A stretch of 64,000 bases of DNA from positions 544,001-608,000 of the forward strand of contig CAVYYI010000003.1 in NCBI GenBank assembly GCA_963772725.1. Reading direction: 5' to 3'. Below are positions 54,714 to 64,000 of the stretch, piece after piece. Position numbers and translations under genes: made by a program. Under the pieces are notes generated by a model, which worked only from the letters and a program-made list of their open reading frames with translations, was not told where the DNA came from and made no database searches. Positions within the stretch are counted from its first letter, which is position 1. The number at the start of each line of letters is the position of its first letter. Source of the stretch: an uncultured Phycisphaerales bacterium. GTDB lineage: Bacteria > Planctomycetota > Phycisphaerae > Sedimentisphaerales > Anaerobacaceae.

Positions 54714-56259
54714 ATGATTACAACAAACACACCTATTACAGAACTGCCCAGCGACGTTGAAACCCTCAGAGAGATGGTTTTAAAACTGTTGGCTAATGTT
54801 GACGACCTCAATCAGCAGCTGGCCTGGTTCAAGCGTCATGTATTCGGCAGAAGGAGCGAGAAGCTTGATCCTGCCCAGAGGCTGCTTTTTGAGGGTCTTT
54901 GTACAGAACTTGAGTCGAGGATTGCGGCAGAACAACAAAAGGCTGATGCATGTGTTGAAACGCCGAAACCAAAGAATGCCAGTCATCATGGCAGACGTCC
55001 TTTACCTGAGGATTTACCCCGCCAGCGGATAGAGTATCATCCCCCGGAAGAGGAACTTATCTGCCCATCCTGCGGAAAAGAAAAACAGGTAATCGGCGAA
55101 GAGATAACAGAGCAGCTTGATTATGTGCCTGCATCATTTGTTGTTCGTCAGCATGTGCGCATTAAATATGCCTGCCCTGACTGCAAAGAAAATGTATCCA
55201 TAGCAGAACTTCCTGCATTTCCCATAGAAAAGGGTCGTCCCGGGACAGGACTGCTTGCTCATATAATTACCAGCAAATATACCGACCACCTCCCGCTTAA
55301 TCGTCAGGAGAATATTTTCGGTCGGCATGATGTGGAAATCAGGCGTTCCACTATGTGTGACTGGGTAGGGCAATGTGCCGGTCTGCTTGAGCCTATCGCC
55401 AAAGAAATGAAGAGGCAGTTGTTAAAATCGCCTAAGATTCATACCGATGATACGACCATCCCTGTTCAGTGCAAGGATCGTAAAAGCACTTATGACGGTT
55501 ATTTATGGGTATATGCCGATATGAGTGATAATGTTGTGTTCGATTTTACACCGACACGATGTCGGGATGGGCCTATCAATTTTCTGGGGAGTTACAGCGG
55601 ATATATACAGGCGGATGCATACAAGGGTTACGACAAGCTCTTTGCCGAAGGCAGATGTACTGAGGTAGGCTCTGGCGCATTGCAGGCGCAAGTTTGATGA
55701 GGCTATTGAGACTGATAAGGAGCGAGCCGGGATTATGCTCGCATTGATAGGCAGTCTCTACGATGTGGAACGTGATGCAAAGAGACGTAACCTTGACGCT
55801 GACAGTATAAAGTCACTGCGTCAGGAAAAGAGTAAACCCATTCTCGAAGAGATTCGCAGAGTCATTGATAGCTGGTCGCTACAGATTTTGCCGAAGAGTC
55901 CAATTGGCAAGGCGATAAATTATGCACTTGGTCAGTGGAAAGCATTAAACAGATATATTGAGAACGGAATCCTTTCGATAGATAATAATCTTTCAGAACG
56001 GATTTTAAGAATGGTTGTTCTCGGGCGTAAAAACTGGCTGTTTGCCGGCAATGAGAACGGAGCCCAAAGGGCAGCGACCATATACAGTCTGGTTGCAAGC
56101 TGCAAACTAAGTGATATTGACCCATTCGTATATTTCAGGGATGTTCTTGAACGTGTCAGCACGCACCCCAACAGCCGGATTGCCGAACTGACACCTCCAA
56201 ACTGGAAAAAGCTGTATTTCAAATCTGTCACAGAAGCAAACCCAACTCAAAACAACTAA
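54714..56259 (+). CDS. tnpC: IS66 transposase TnpC, frameshift near 55670
   Basis: FGRRSEK, zinc finger CPSC/CPDC, HLPLNRQ, DDT, ADAYKGY, IDNNLSER and GRKNWLF motifs. Confidence 0.94.
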
Positions 56260-56529
56260 ACGACAGCCCCATTCTTCGTAAAAATAAATTTCACTTGTGT
56301 ACTATCCGCAACCTGTAGTTGGTCGGACGGTTACCGAATATTGAAACCACTCGAAAATATTACTTGTCTGTGCAAAATAGTGACCTTAGACTCGCAAGGC
56401 AAATTCAGTCTAATCTCGTAGCCTCATTGACGAACTTTTGACGAACTCTTGTCTCAAATGCCCATTTTTAGCATGTCAGGAGAAGTGCTAAATCGCTGGA
56501 AGTAAAGCAGATACAAGGGATTATGAAAA

Positions 56530-56575
56530 TGGGCAGGAGTGGAGTTGAACCACCGACACACGGATTTTCAGTCCG
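56530..56575 (-). other. orphan 3' half of tRNA-Phe(GAA) (att remnant)
   Basis: Minus strand CGGACTGAAAATCCGTGTGTCGGTGGTTCAACTCCACTCCTGCCCA; no D arm or 5' acceptor strand. Confidence 0.85.
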
Positions 56576-57111
56576 GTATTCGTGTTTGTAAGTATTTGTG
56601 AATAAATGGTTTATACTTGTAAAATAAAGACTTATGATGCTGACCGAAGCACAACCGAAGCGTAACAGTAGCCTAAACGTGCAGGTCTGTTGCAAATCGA
56701 CGGCTCGGATTAATCCTTTTTATAGCAATTCAAGAAAAGACATAACCACATGATTCAAACCATCCTTTTGCATCGCTGGCAGTAACCATCTCAAGTGCCT
56801 TGGCAATAGCATTTATCAGTGCCTCTTTTGTTCTGGCTTTGAGTGTTCTCAAAATCGACTTGATCTTGCTCCACATCTTTTCTATCGGATTCAAATCCGG
56901 TGAGTATGCCGGCAAATACCATAGTTCAGCTCCAACAGATTCTATCAAATCACGGGCATGCTGACTCTTATGGGCTGAGAGATTATCCAAAACGACAATA
57001 TCTCCTGCTTTGAGGGTCGGTAAAAGTATTTGTTCGATATAAGCTTCAAAAATATCTTTGGTCGTAGCTCCGTCAACGACCATGCAGGCAGTTGAGCTAT
57101 CAAGCTTAACA

Positions 57112-58122
57112 ACCTGAACTTTGTTTAAGGAGTGATGCAAAGAAATCCTCCGTGTTGACAATTACCGTTTTCAAATTTGAGCGAAGGTTTCTTAGGCAGT
57201 CTCGTATAGGCTATAAGCCCGGCTGCAAGATGTGCCAAGAAATTGATAGGACTGCGGTGGTGAGAATGTTCAATCTGGCAGACATTTTTGAGCGTGTCGT
57301 TGACCGTTTCAATCAGCGAACGTTTTCGCAGCAGAATTTTCTCCTGCCATTGCATCAAATGACACTTCATATTTGCGCGTATATTGGTTACCAGTTTAAT
57401 CCCTTTAGCCAGCAGTTTTTCAAACAGGCTATGACTGATGTAACCCTTGTCGCCAAAGAGCTTTCCGAACAAACCATCGGCCATTGCCTCCACTACACTG
57501 CGATCATCGACATTGCCCGCTGTCAGCCGGCAGCCCAATAAACCGCCGCGTTCATTTATGATAAGATGCAGTTTAAATCCCAAAAACCAGCCCATCGTAG
57601 TTTTGCCTATTTGAGCAATACCATCGAATACACGATGACGGCTGATACGCTTATTATGGCAGACTTTCAGCGGGGTACTGTCAATAAAAGAAATGCCGGT
57701 GGGCTCGTCCATGCCGCAGACGTGCAGATATGCAAACATTGGGATTACCGCCCTTGGTATCAGATAAACAAAGCGGTCGTAGCTGATCATATCGGGAAAA
57801 TCATGGCGGTGGTGGTCAAGCAAGTAGTGATAGAAATCCTTGAATGTGCGATAGCCACTGGTTTGGAAGGCAATGAGGATGGTCATTATTTCACTGGTGC
57901 TTAAGTTGCTCTGTCTGTTGCGTTTACGGATTCCGTCCTCAATGAGGTGTTTTGAATAAATTTTTTCCAAAGCCTTCCACCAATCATCGACATCTACAAA
58001 TAATCTGGTAAAATCCATTGCCATACGGCCTCCTTGCCTATTGGGTTAATAATATTTGGTAACGATATTATTCCCTTCGGCAGACAGGCCGTTTTTCTTG
58101 CATCCTTATCCAAAGTTCAGGT
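57112..58122 (-). mobile_element. IS982-family element
   Basis: IR acctgaactttg / caaagttcaggt; 5-bp target duplication taaca (57107-57111, 58123-58127). Confidence 0.92.
57125..58024 (-). CDS. IS982 transposase
   Basis: [28 protein letters not shown] and RKRSLIETV motifs. Confidence 0.94.
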   Translation of the reverse strand: MAMDFTRLFVDVDDWWKALEKIYSKHLIEDGIRKRNRQSNLSTSEIMTILIAFQTSGYRTFKDFYHYLLDHHRHDFPDMISYDRFVYLIPRAVIPMFAYLHVCGMDEPTGISFIDSTPLKVCHNKRISRHRVFDGIAQIGKTTMGWFLGFKLHLIINERGGLLGCRLTAGNVDDRSVVEAMADGLFGKLFGDKGYISHSLFEKLLAKGIKLVTNIRANMKCHLMQWQEKILLRKRSLIETVNDTLKNVCQIEHSHHRSPINFLAHLAAGLIAYTRLPKKPSLKFENGNCQHGGFLCITP

Positions 58123-58742
58123 TAACAGATGAAATCATTGTTGTCGTGCGCCAGCGGCCAGAGGGAGTATCATCTACCGCTCTTTGGCCTGCCACAGCTC
58201 TGCCGTACAGTCTGGTCATATTCGTTTTGGCGCCAGATTCATCGATAAACACAAGTCTGCCCGCATCAATCGAAGACTGTGTCTTTTTCCACAGCCAGCG
58301 TCTCAGTGCGATGTCTTCTCTGCCTTGTTCACTGGCTCGTAACGCTTTTTTTTATAGCGCCAGCCAAGACGCTTAATGGCATTTGCTATGGCCTGGATGC
58401 TACATGAAATACTGCCGGAGAAATGTTCTTGAATTTCCATAAGTGTTACATCAGTGCGCTTTTGAAGAAACTTGTCGAGTTGCTTCAAATTCTCACCATC
58501 AAATGCTGGCCTTCGTCCAACATTTTGATATTGAGGTTCAATTGTCCCAAGGTTTTTACGTTGGGCCAGAAGTTTTTTCACCAGTCCGAGGCTAACCTTG
58601 AACCTATCTGCAACCTCTCGCCCGGTGCCTTCATCAGCATCATATGCAGCCACTATCCGTTCTCTTAAATCTATTGAAGTTGGTTTCATAATTAAGATAT
58701 CGGACAAGGCTATATGTTTTCTTGAGTTGCTATAAAGAATAA

Positions 58743-58787
58743 TAGCCCGACAGGATTTGGACCTGCGACCTCCTGCGTGTCGAGCAG
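58743..58787 (-). other. orphan 3' half of tRNA-Val(GAC) (att remnant)
   Basis: Minus strand CTGCTCGACACGCAGGAGGTCGCAGGTCCAAATCCTGTCGGGCTA; T loop mutated to TCC; 5' half absent. Confidence 0.75.
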
Positions 58788-58978
58788 AATCATGAGTTTT
58801 CTGACTACTTGTAAATAAAGCACTTACATCTTGTGAAATAAGGACTTATCAACTGTTTTCGAACTGGTTTGGAACTGGATCCAGAACTGTTTTCAGACTG
58901 AAATTGCCACAAAATTTTGCGCAATCGCAGTCTGAGAAATAAACCATCAATTTCAAAAATATAACAGCCTTGGAAAAA

Positions 58979-58997
58979 GGCGGAGAAGGCGGGATTC
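58979..58997 (-). other. short tRNA-Ser-like 3' end (att remnant)
   Basis: Minus strand GAATCCCGCCTTCTCCGCC (T-stem, acceptor strand and G73). Confidence 0.5.
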
Positions 58998-59633
58998 AAT
59001 CTGCCCTCTTTCTGTAACCTTATCAAAAAAACTGTATTTATCACTTAACTCTAACGAAAACAAAGATTTAGACGTTCTTATTTCTTTACTATCGCAGCAC
59101 GATTTTTTACTATCTTGATACCCTTTTCAAGGGCAGCTTTAAGGGCAACGAAGAAACTGTTGCCTTTAGATAACAAGAATATTGTAGCAGATACCACTTC
59201 TACCTTTTCAAAATAGTCACCCGGGTTCGTTTTTGAAATATTTTTAAATTGGCTTTGGTTATTTTACTTTTTTTATTACAAAAACAGCCTTACGGGTTAC
59301 CCATTTTAATATTTTCTTTAAACGAAAAATTTTAATCAACATTTTCCCATTCTGTTCCGCTTATAGCGATAGTTTGGTTAGTGTGGAAAGTTTCTGCACA
59401 AAATAGAAATTTTTCCAGGAAGACATACCGTTTTAAGAAAAAGGGAGCAATGTCGCCCACGGGGACGGAGTCTGTTTGGGATTGATTATTACATCTAATA
59501 TGAAACGTTTAAGCAATAGAATGCCTAAGACTATAGAACAATGAAACAAATCTTCAACGACTTGGATCACATAATAGTAATACGATACTCCTGAAAACGA
59601 TAAATATATACAAACTCAGTCAAAGCAGCAATA

Positions 59634-60300
59634 TTGTTTCTTGCTCATTTATTTAGTATTGAAGACAAAGAATTAGGGCATATTACACTGCATAGCTTCA
59701 CTTTTGGTAATTTTGAAGATGGTTATAGTATTAAACTCAATGAAATATGCGTGAAGTGTGCCAATGAATACAAAGAGAGTAAATTCATTATTGAACTTTT
59801 AAGCAGCATTGGTACAATCACCAATTATCGTCAACTCAATCCTTCCTTACCAAGCTTGTCTTATGTTTTTCCCAAAGTAGTTAATAAAATCTGCTTCAAC
59901 TGCTTTTGAATGAGCTAGATTAGATACAAAAAATGAAATTGGATATGTTTGGGCTTTAAGTGCATATTTGCATCTGGGCGAGGATAAATTAAATCGCAAA
60001 CAATTACTTGAGCAGACCCATATATTTTTAGAATCCATCCCAAAACCCCATAAAACTGTGTTATCAGTAGTAAAAACACGGTTTTTCATAGGTTTTGGGA
60101 TAGGTTCTAGGCTTACGCAACTTTTTTTATGAAGAAATAACTGCACAAGAGCTTATGGATTGCTATCCAAATAAAAAATCAGAAATAGCCTATTATTTGG
60201 GCGAATATTTTCTCCCAAGAGGCCTAAAAATAGCTTTAGAATGTTGAGGGTTTTGTGTAAAATATCAATCACATCAAACATTTGAACATCTGCGGGCTTT
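59634..60300 (+). pseudogene. degraded AT-rich gene of unknown function
   Basis: Protein-like frames broken by stops and frameshifts directly upstream of the ABC exporter; boundaries approximate. Confidence 0.35.
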
Positions 60301-60354
60301 TCGTAATCTATCTGAGTCATATGAAGCAAGACACTCCGGTGAGGAAATAAATAA

Positions 60355-62184
60355 ATGTTTTCAAAGCTAAAAACAAATTCTTTTATAAAAAAGCAAATTG
60401 AAATAGTAAAATATATACCTTGGGTAATAAAGCTTATTTGGAAAGCCCAACCATTATGTGGTATAGCTTTGCCTTTGCTGACAATTATTTCAGGAGCCCT
60501 AACTGGCCCATATTTATTCTTGGGGAAAAAGGTTATTGATAGCTTAAGTACTTTTCTGCAAGGAAATATAGATGAGGGTAAGAGATTATTAATTATATAT
60601 TTATCTGCCAGTATTATATTGAGAATATTTATTGAAGTTTTGGCTTATTCATATCGCATATTAGATGAACTACTTCGCAGTCGTCTTGGTTACCATATTC
60701 AGGAAATAATAATAAATAAGGCACAATCGTTAGATATTTCCTATTTCGAAAACTCTAATTTTCATGATAAACTTACACGGGCTCAACAAGAAGCTGGCTC
60801 CCGCCCTTATATTGTCATATCATCACTGCTTACATCTACCAGGCAGTTGATTAGTGCGTGCTCTTGTATGGGAGTACTCTTTACATTGGCTTGGTGGATT
60901 GTTCCTGTCATATTAGTTGTGCTTCTGCCTGGCCTTATAATTAGTGCCAAATATGGTATAAAAGGTTTTAATATCCAGTATGAAAGAACTCCAGCACAAC
61001 GAAAAATGACCTATTTACAAAGGTTGCTTAATTCGAGCAAAGAAGCTAAAGAAATACGTTTGTTTGGATTGCAAAAATATCTTATGCAACTATTGAGAAG
61101 TTCCTTTTCATCTTTCTATCTCCAAGACCGTGATTTAGCAATTCGTCGTAATGGCTCAACGATGATTAGTTCTCTTATTCAGATTATTGGCAGTGTTTCT
61201 CTTTATATTTATATCATAAATCGGGCGGTTAGGGACCCAATGATTACTATTGGAAGTGTAGTAATGTTTAATCAGGCTATGGAGGCAGTTGTTGGTACAG
61301 TTTATGGAGGACTACAATCTTTAGGAATGTACTATGAAAATGGGCTATATATTGGTAATTTAATTACATATTTAAAACAGGAGCCCAAGCTAATCGAACC
61401 AACCATACCGGTTCATATTCCCATACCAATCAGCAAAGGAATTTGCTTTAAATCTGTATGTTTCCGGTATCCAGGAACTGAACGGGATGTTATTAGGAAT
61501 GTCTCGTTTGAAATAAAACCTGGTCAAAACATTGCAATTGTTGGAGAAAATGGTTCCGGGAAGACAACGCTGGTTAAACTCCTCACGAGACTTTATGATA
61601 TTGATGAAGGGCAAATTTTAGTGGATGGAGTTAATCTCAAAGATTTTAATTCATCCGAATGGCAAAGAAATATAGGTGTGATATTCCAAGATTTTGCCCA
61701 ATATTGGCTTACTATAAGAGAAAATATTGGCTTTGGTAAAATAGAATTTATGGGTGATATAAATCGTCTGAAGGCGGCAGCAAATCTATCTGGAATATTG
61801 GAATATGTAGAAAAGTCAAAATGTGGATGGGATACAGTTCTTAGTAGGTACTTTGAAGGAGGGCAAGAACTTTCGATTGGTGAATGGCAAAAGATGTCAC
61901 TTGCGAGGGCATTTTTTTCTGATTCGCCAATTTTGATCATGGATGAGCCAACGGCTTCTGTAGATGCTAAGCAAGAATATGAAATATTTCAGAAATTTAA
62001 AAAGCTTACACATGGTAAAATTTCTATTATCATATCTCACAGATTCTCTAATGTTAAATTAGCTGATAAAATCATAGTTCTTGAAAAAGGAAGCATTATA
62101 GAATCTGGGACACATGAAGAACTAATGGACTTAAATAATAAATACACAGAAATGTTTAATTGCCAAGCCGCTGCCTATTTGTAG
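60355..62184 (+). CDS. ABC exporter (fused TMD and NBD)
   Basis: Walker A GENGSGKT, signature LSIGEWQK, DEPT and SHRFS motifs; AKEIRLF loop. Confidence 0.95.
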   Translation: MFSKLKTNSFIKKQIEIVKYIPWVIKLIWKAQPLCGIALPLLTIISGALTGPYLFLGKKVIDSLSTFLQGNIDEGKRLLIIYLSASIILRIFIEVLAYSYRILDELLRSRLGYHIQEIIINKAQSLDISYFENSNFHDKLTRAQQEAGSRPYIVISSLLTSTRQLISACSCMGVLFTLAWWIVPVILVVLLPGLIISAKYGIKGFNIQYERTPAQRKMTYLQRLLNSSKEAKEIRLFGLQKYLMQLLRSSFSSFYLQDRDLAIRRNGSTMISSLIQIIGSVSLYIYIINRAVRDPMITIGSVVMFNQAMEAVVGTVYGGLQSLGMYYENGLYIGNLITYLKQEPKLIEPTIPVHIPIPISKGICFKSVCFRYPGTERDVIRNVSFEIKPGQNIAIVGENGSGKTTLVKLLTRLYDIDEGQILVDGVNLKDFNSSEWQRNIGVIFQDFAQYWLTIRENIGFGKIEFMGDINRLKAAANLSGILEYVEKSKCGWDTVLSRYFEGGQELSIGEWQKMSLARAFFSDSPILIMDEPTASVDAKQEYEIFQKFKKLTHGKISIIISHRFSNVKLADKIIVLEKGSIIESGTHEELMDLNNKYTEMFNCQAAAYL

Positions 62185-62368
62185 CTGCTTGATGAAGATA
62201 AATTTTCAGTTAAATACATCCTTACAAAAAAGGTAAGGTATCTGGCAATTGGCGGATAGCTGCCAGTTTCCGTGGAATTTTTATCTGGCTTTTTCCAGTT
62301 GACGGGGAGCAGTATGGTTTGGCTCCGTCGCTATAATTTTCAATAGGATGTGAAAAATTCTCATTATA

Positions 62369-63491
62369 TACTACTCTTGATTGAAAAATTCCGTATTTTT
62401 CAATCAAAAAGCACCTTCTGTCCGATAAACAGCGTATATGAAGGATTATAAGTTGTCAAAAGAAAAAATAGCTGAACTGGAGGCATTGCATCGTTCGTTG
62501 CGTGATAAGCGTCAGGCCGACCGGGTCAAAGCGGTCATTGCTTTAGCAAAGGGATGGTCGGCGGCTCAGGTGGCCGAGATACTTCTTTTCGATGAGAAGA
62601 CATCACGGGGCTATTTCGAGCGGTATCGGCAAGACGGTTTCCAGGCATTGCTGGATGACAACTATCCCGGCGCAGAACCGAAACTCGATGAACATCAAAT
62701 GAGCGAACTTGAGGCATATCTCGAAGATCATATTTTCCCCGATGCCAAATCGGTTATCGCTCACATTGACAAGCAGTATGTGGTCCATTACTCCGTCAGC
62801 GGAGTCACCGATTTGCTGCATCGTCTTGGATTTTCCTACAAGAAGCCGACACATGTTCCCGGTAAACAAGACCCCATCAAGCAACAGGCATTTCTCGAGG
62901 AATATGAACAGATCAAGGCAAGCAAAAGTCAAAACGACCCAATTTATTTCGCCGATGCCACCCACCCGCAGCACAACAGCATTCCTTCTTACGGCTGGAT
63001 TAAGACGGGAAAGGAAAAAGAACTCAAAGCCAACTGTGGCCGCCAGCGATTGAATATCAATGGTGCGATTAACATCGAAACACTGGAGCCAACGACAGGG
63101 TTTTATGACACGATCAATGCGAATTCGACCATTGATTTGTTCTTTAAGATCGAAGCAAAACATCCGGAGGCCAAAAGGATTTACATCATTGTTGACAATG
63201 CTCGATATTATCGTTCACGTTTGTTAAAAGAGTATACCGAGGGCACGAAAATCAAATTGATCTTTTTGCCGTCATACTCGCCGAATCTGAATCTGATTGA
63301 ACGGTACTGGAAGTTTTTTAAGAAAAAAGTGCTGAACAATCGCTACTATGAAACGTTTGGTGAATTCAAGCGAGCATGTGAGAGCTTTTTCCGGAAGAGA
63401 AAGAAATATTTGCCGGAACTGAGAGCATTACTGACAGAAAACTTTCACATTCAAGCTGCATAAAAACAGGAAAATTCAATCGTAAGCAGTA
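62369..63491 (+). mobile_element. IS630-family element (single-ORF type)
   Basis: Imperfect IR tactactcttgattgaa / ttcaatcgtaagcagta flanked by TA. Confidence 0.85.
62438..63463 (+). CDS. IS630 transposase, intact
   Basis: HTH, FSYKKP, FADATHP, DNARYY and LPSYSPNLNLIERYW motifs. Confidence 0.95.
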   Translation: MKDYKLSKEKIAELEALHRSLRDKRQADRVKAVIALAKGWSAAQVAEILLFDEKTSRGYFERYRQDGFQALLDDNYPGAEPKLDEHQMSELEAYLEDHIFPDAKSVIAHIDKQYVVHYSVSGVTDLLHRLGFSYKKPTHVPGKQDPIKQQAFLEEYEQIKASKSQNDPIYFADATHPQHNSIPSYGWIKTGKEKELKANCGRQRLNINGAINIETLEPTTGFYDTINANSTIDLFFKIEAKHPEAKRIYIIVDNARYYRSRLLKEYTEGTKIKLIFLPSYSPNLNLIERYWKFFKKKVLNNRYYETFGEFKRACESFFRKRKKYLPELRALLTENFHIQAA

Positions 63492-63689
63492 TAATTACTC
63501 TTTACCAATATGTTGCTGTTCTACGGTTGATTCTGTTCACTGTTAAAAATAGTGATTCTGCACGGTTGAGTTTGAAATTTCGATAAGGCCTCATAAGGAA
63601 TTGTTACTGAACTGTACTTTGGATGAGTAATACCCAGTTTAACCATTCCATTGGGATGGACTTTAATCTTTCCCATATCGACCTTTGGG

Positions 63690-64000
63690 TTCAAAACAAA
63701 TTAGCCAGAGGCTGTAAGAGATATGTACAGGAACAACACCGATAAAGGTGGAGCATCCAATTACCCGCTTGTAATGATGATAAAGTGCATAATGCTGCAA
63801 AAGTGGTTTAATCTTTCCGACCCTATGCTCGAAGAGATGCTCTATGACCGTATATCCTTCAGACAATTTGTCGGCCTGAAAATGGAACAGGCTGCACCGG
63901 ATGAAACCACTTTTGTTCAGTTTCGCAAGCGTCTTAACGTAAATGGCCATATAGCTACATTATTCGATAAGACTATCGCTATACTCAAAAGTCGTGGCGT
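63690..64000 (+). pseudogene. IS5-family transposase N-terminal (DUF772) fragment, 5' degraded and running off the window
   Basis: YPLVMMIKCIMLQKWFNLSDPMLEEMLYDRISFRQFVGL...PDETTFVQFRKRL. Confidence 0.85.

Larger units (their letters stand above)
53791..56334 (+). mobile_element. IS66-family element
   Basis: 16-bp perfect IR gtaaccgtccgaccaa / ttggtcggacggttac; 8-bp target duplication cgaatatt (53783-53790, 56335-56342). Confidence 0.96.
53592..56441 (+). pseudogene. C-terminal remnant of a tyrosine integrase, interrupted by IS66
   Basis: HDLRRT...LAGHSNI (to 53790) resumes after the IS as ETTRKYY...LTNF* (56343-56441). Confidence 0.9.
56723..58732 (-). mobile_element. IS630-family element (orfA/orfB with A8 slippery site) interrupted by IS982
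   Basis: IRs tagcaattcaagaaaa / ttttcttgagttgcta flanked by TA; HTH orfA 58303..58689; DNLSAHK and [30 protein letters not shown] rejoins across the insertion. Confidence 0.9.

Noticed and set aside
86..56259. Single frameshifts in PIN/TRAM, GH15, addA, ispG, NPP and tnpC as programmed recoding or true pseudogenes
   Set aside because: They are scattered, hit normally essential genes and lack consistent slippery sites. IS5 copy 2 shows the copy 1 shift is a single missing C. Consensus error is the simplest explanation.
56468..56695. 75-aa ORF containing TENPCVGGSTP
   Set aside because: This is a translation of the tRNA-Phe 3' fragment, not a protein.
59452..59471. Possible fourth tRNA 3' remnant (gtcgcccacggggacgg)
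   Set aside because: Too short and lacks a recognisable T-loop.

Overview
Bacterial chromosomal segment, probably from a Planctomycetota (Phycisphaerae-like) genome. The taxonomy is inferred from gene content (long HTH-extended sigma-70, FGE/PEP-CTERM protein, Tat sulfatase), not from a search. Many genes carry single-base frameshifts, most likely long-read consensus errors. Left to right: PIN/TRAM gene; a complete IS5; a small array of membrane-protein genes, each preceded by a repeated promoter module; tRNA-Ala(CGC); nitroreductase; tRNA-Val(TAC) with a 4.7-kb integrase-less island; an E. coli-type nuoA-N operon (fused nuoCD); a GH15 gene; an operon of coaD, two nucleotide pyrophosphatase/phosphodiesterase (NPP) paralogues, a small RHH-like protein ending in LGY and a DUF106/TMCO1/EMC3-like membrane protein; ETF-QO and a fused EtfBA divergent from a corrinoid protein and a URO-D/MtaA-family gene; an unusual 570-aa sigma-70; addAB; a candidate ECF-driven sRNA and a MITE; a sulfatase; ispG; and a mobile-element graveyard (truncated IS5, integrase split by IS66, IS630 split by IS982, three orphan tRNA 3' ends, ABC exporter, IS630, IS5 fragment). 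The best candidates for undescribed systems are the NPP/LGY/DUF106-like operon, the anti-SD sRNA and the promoter-cassette array.
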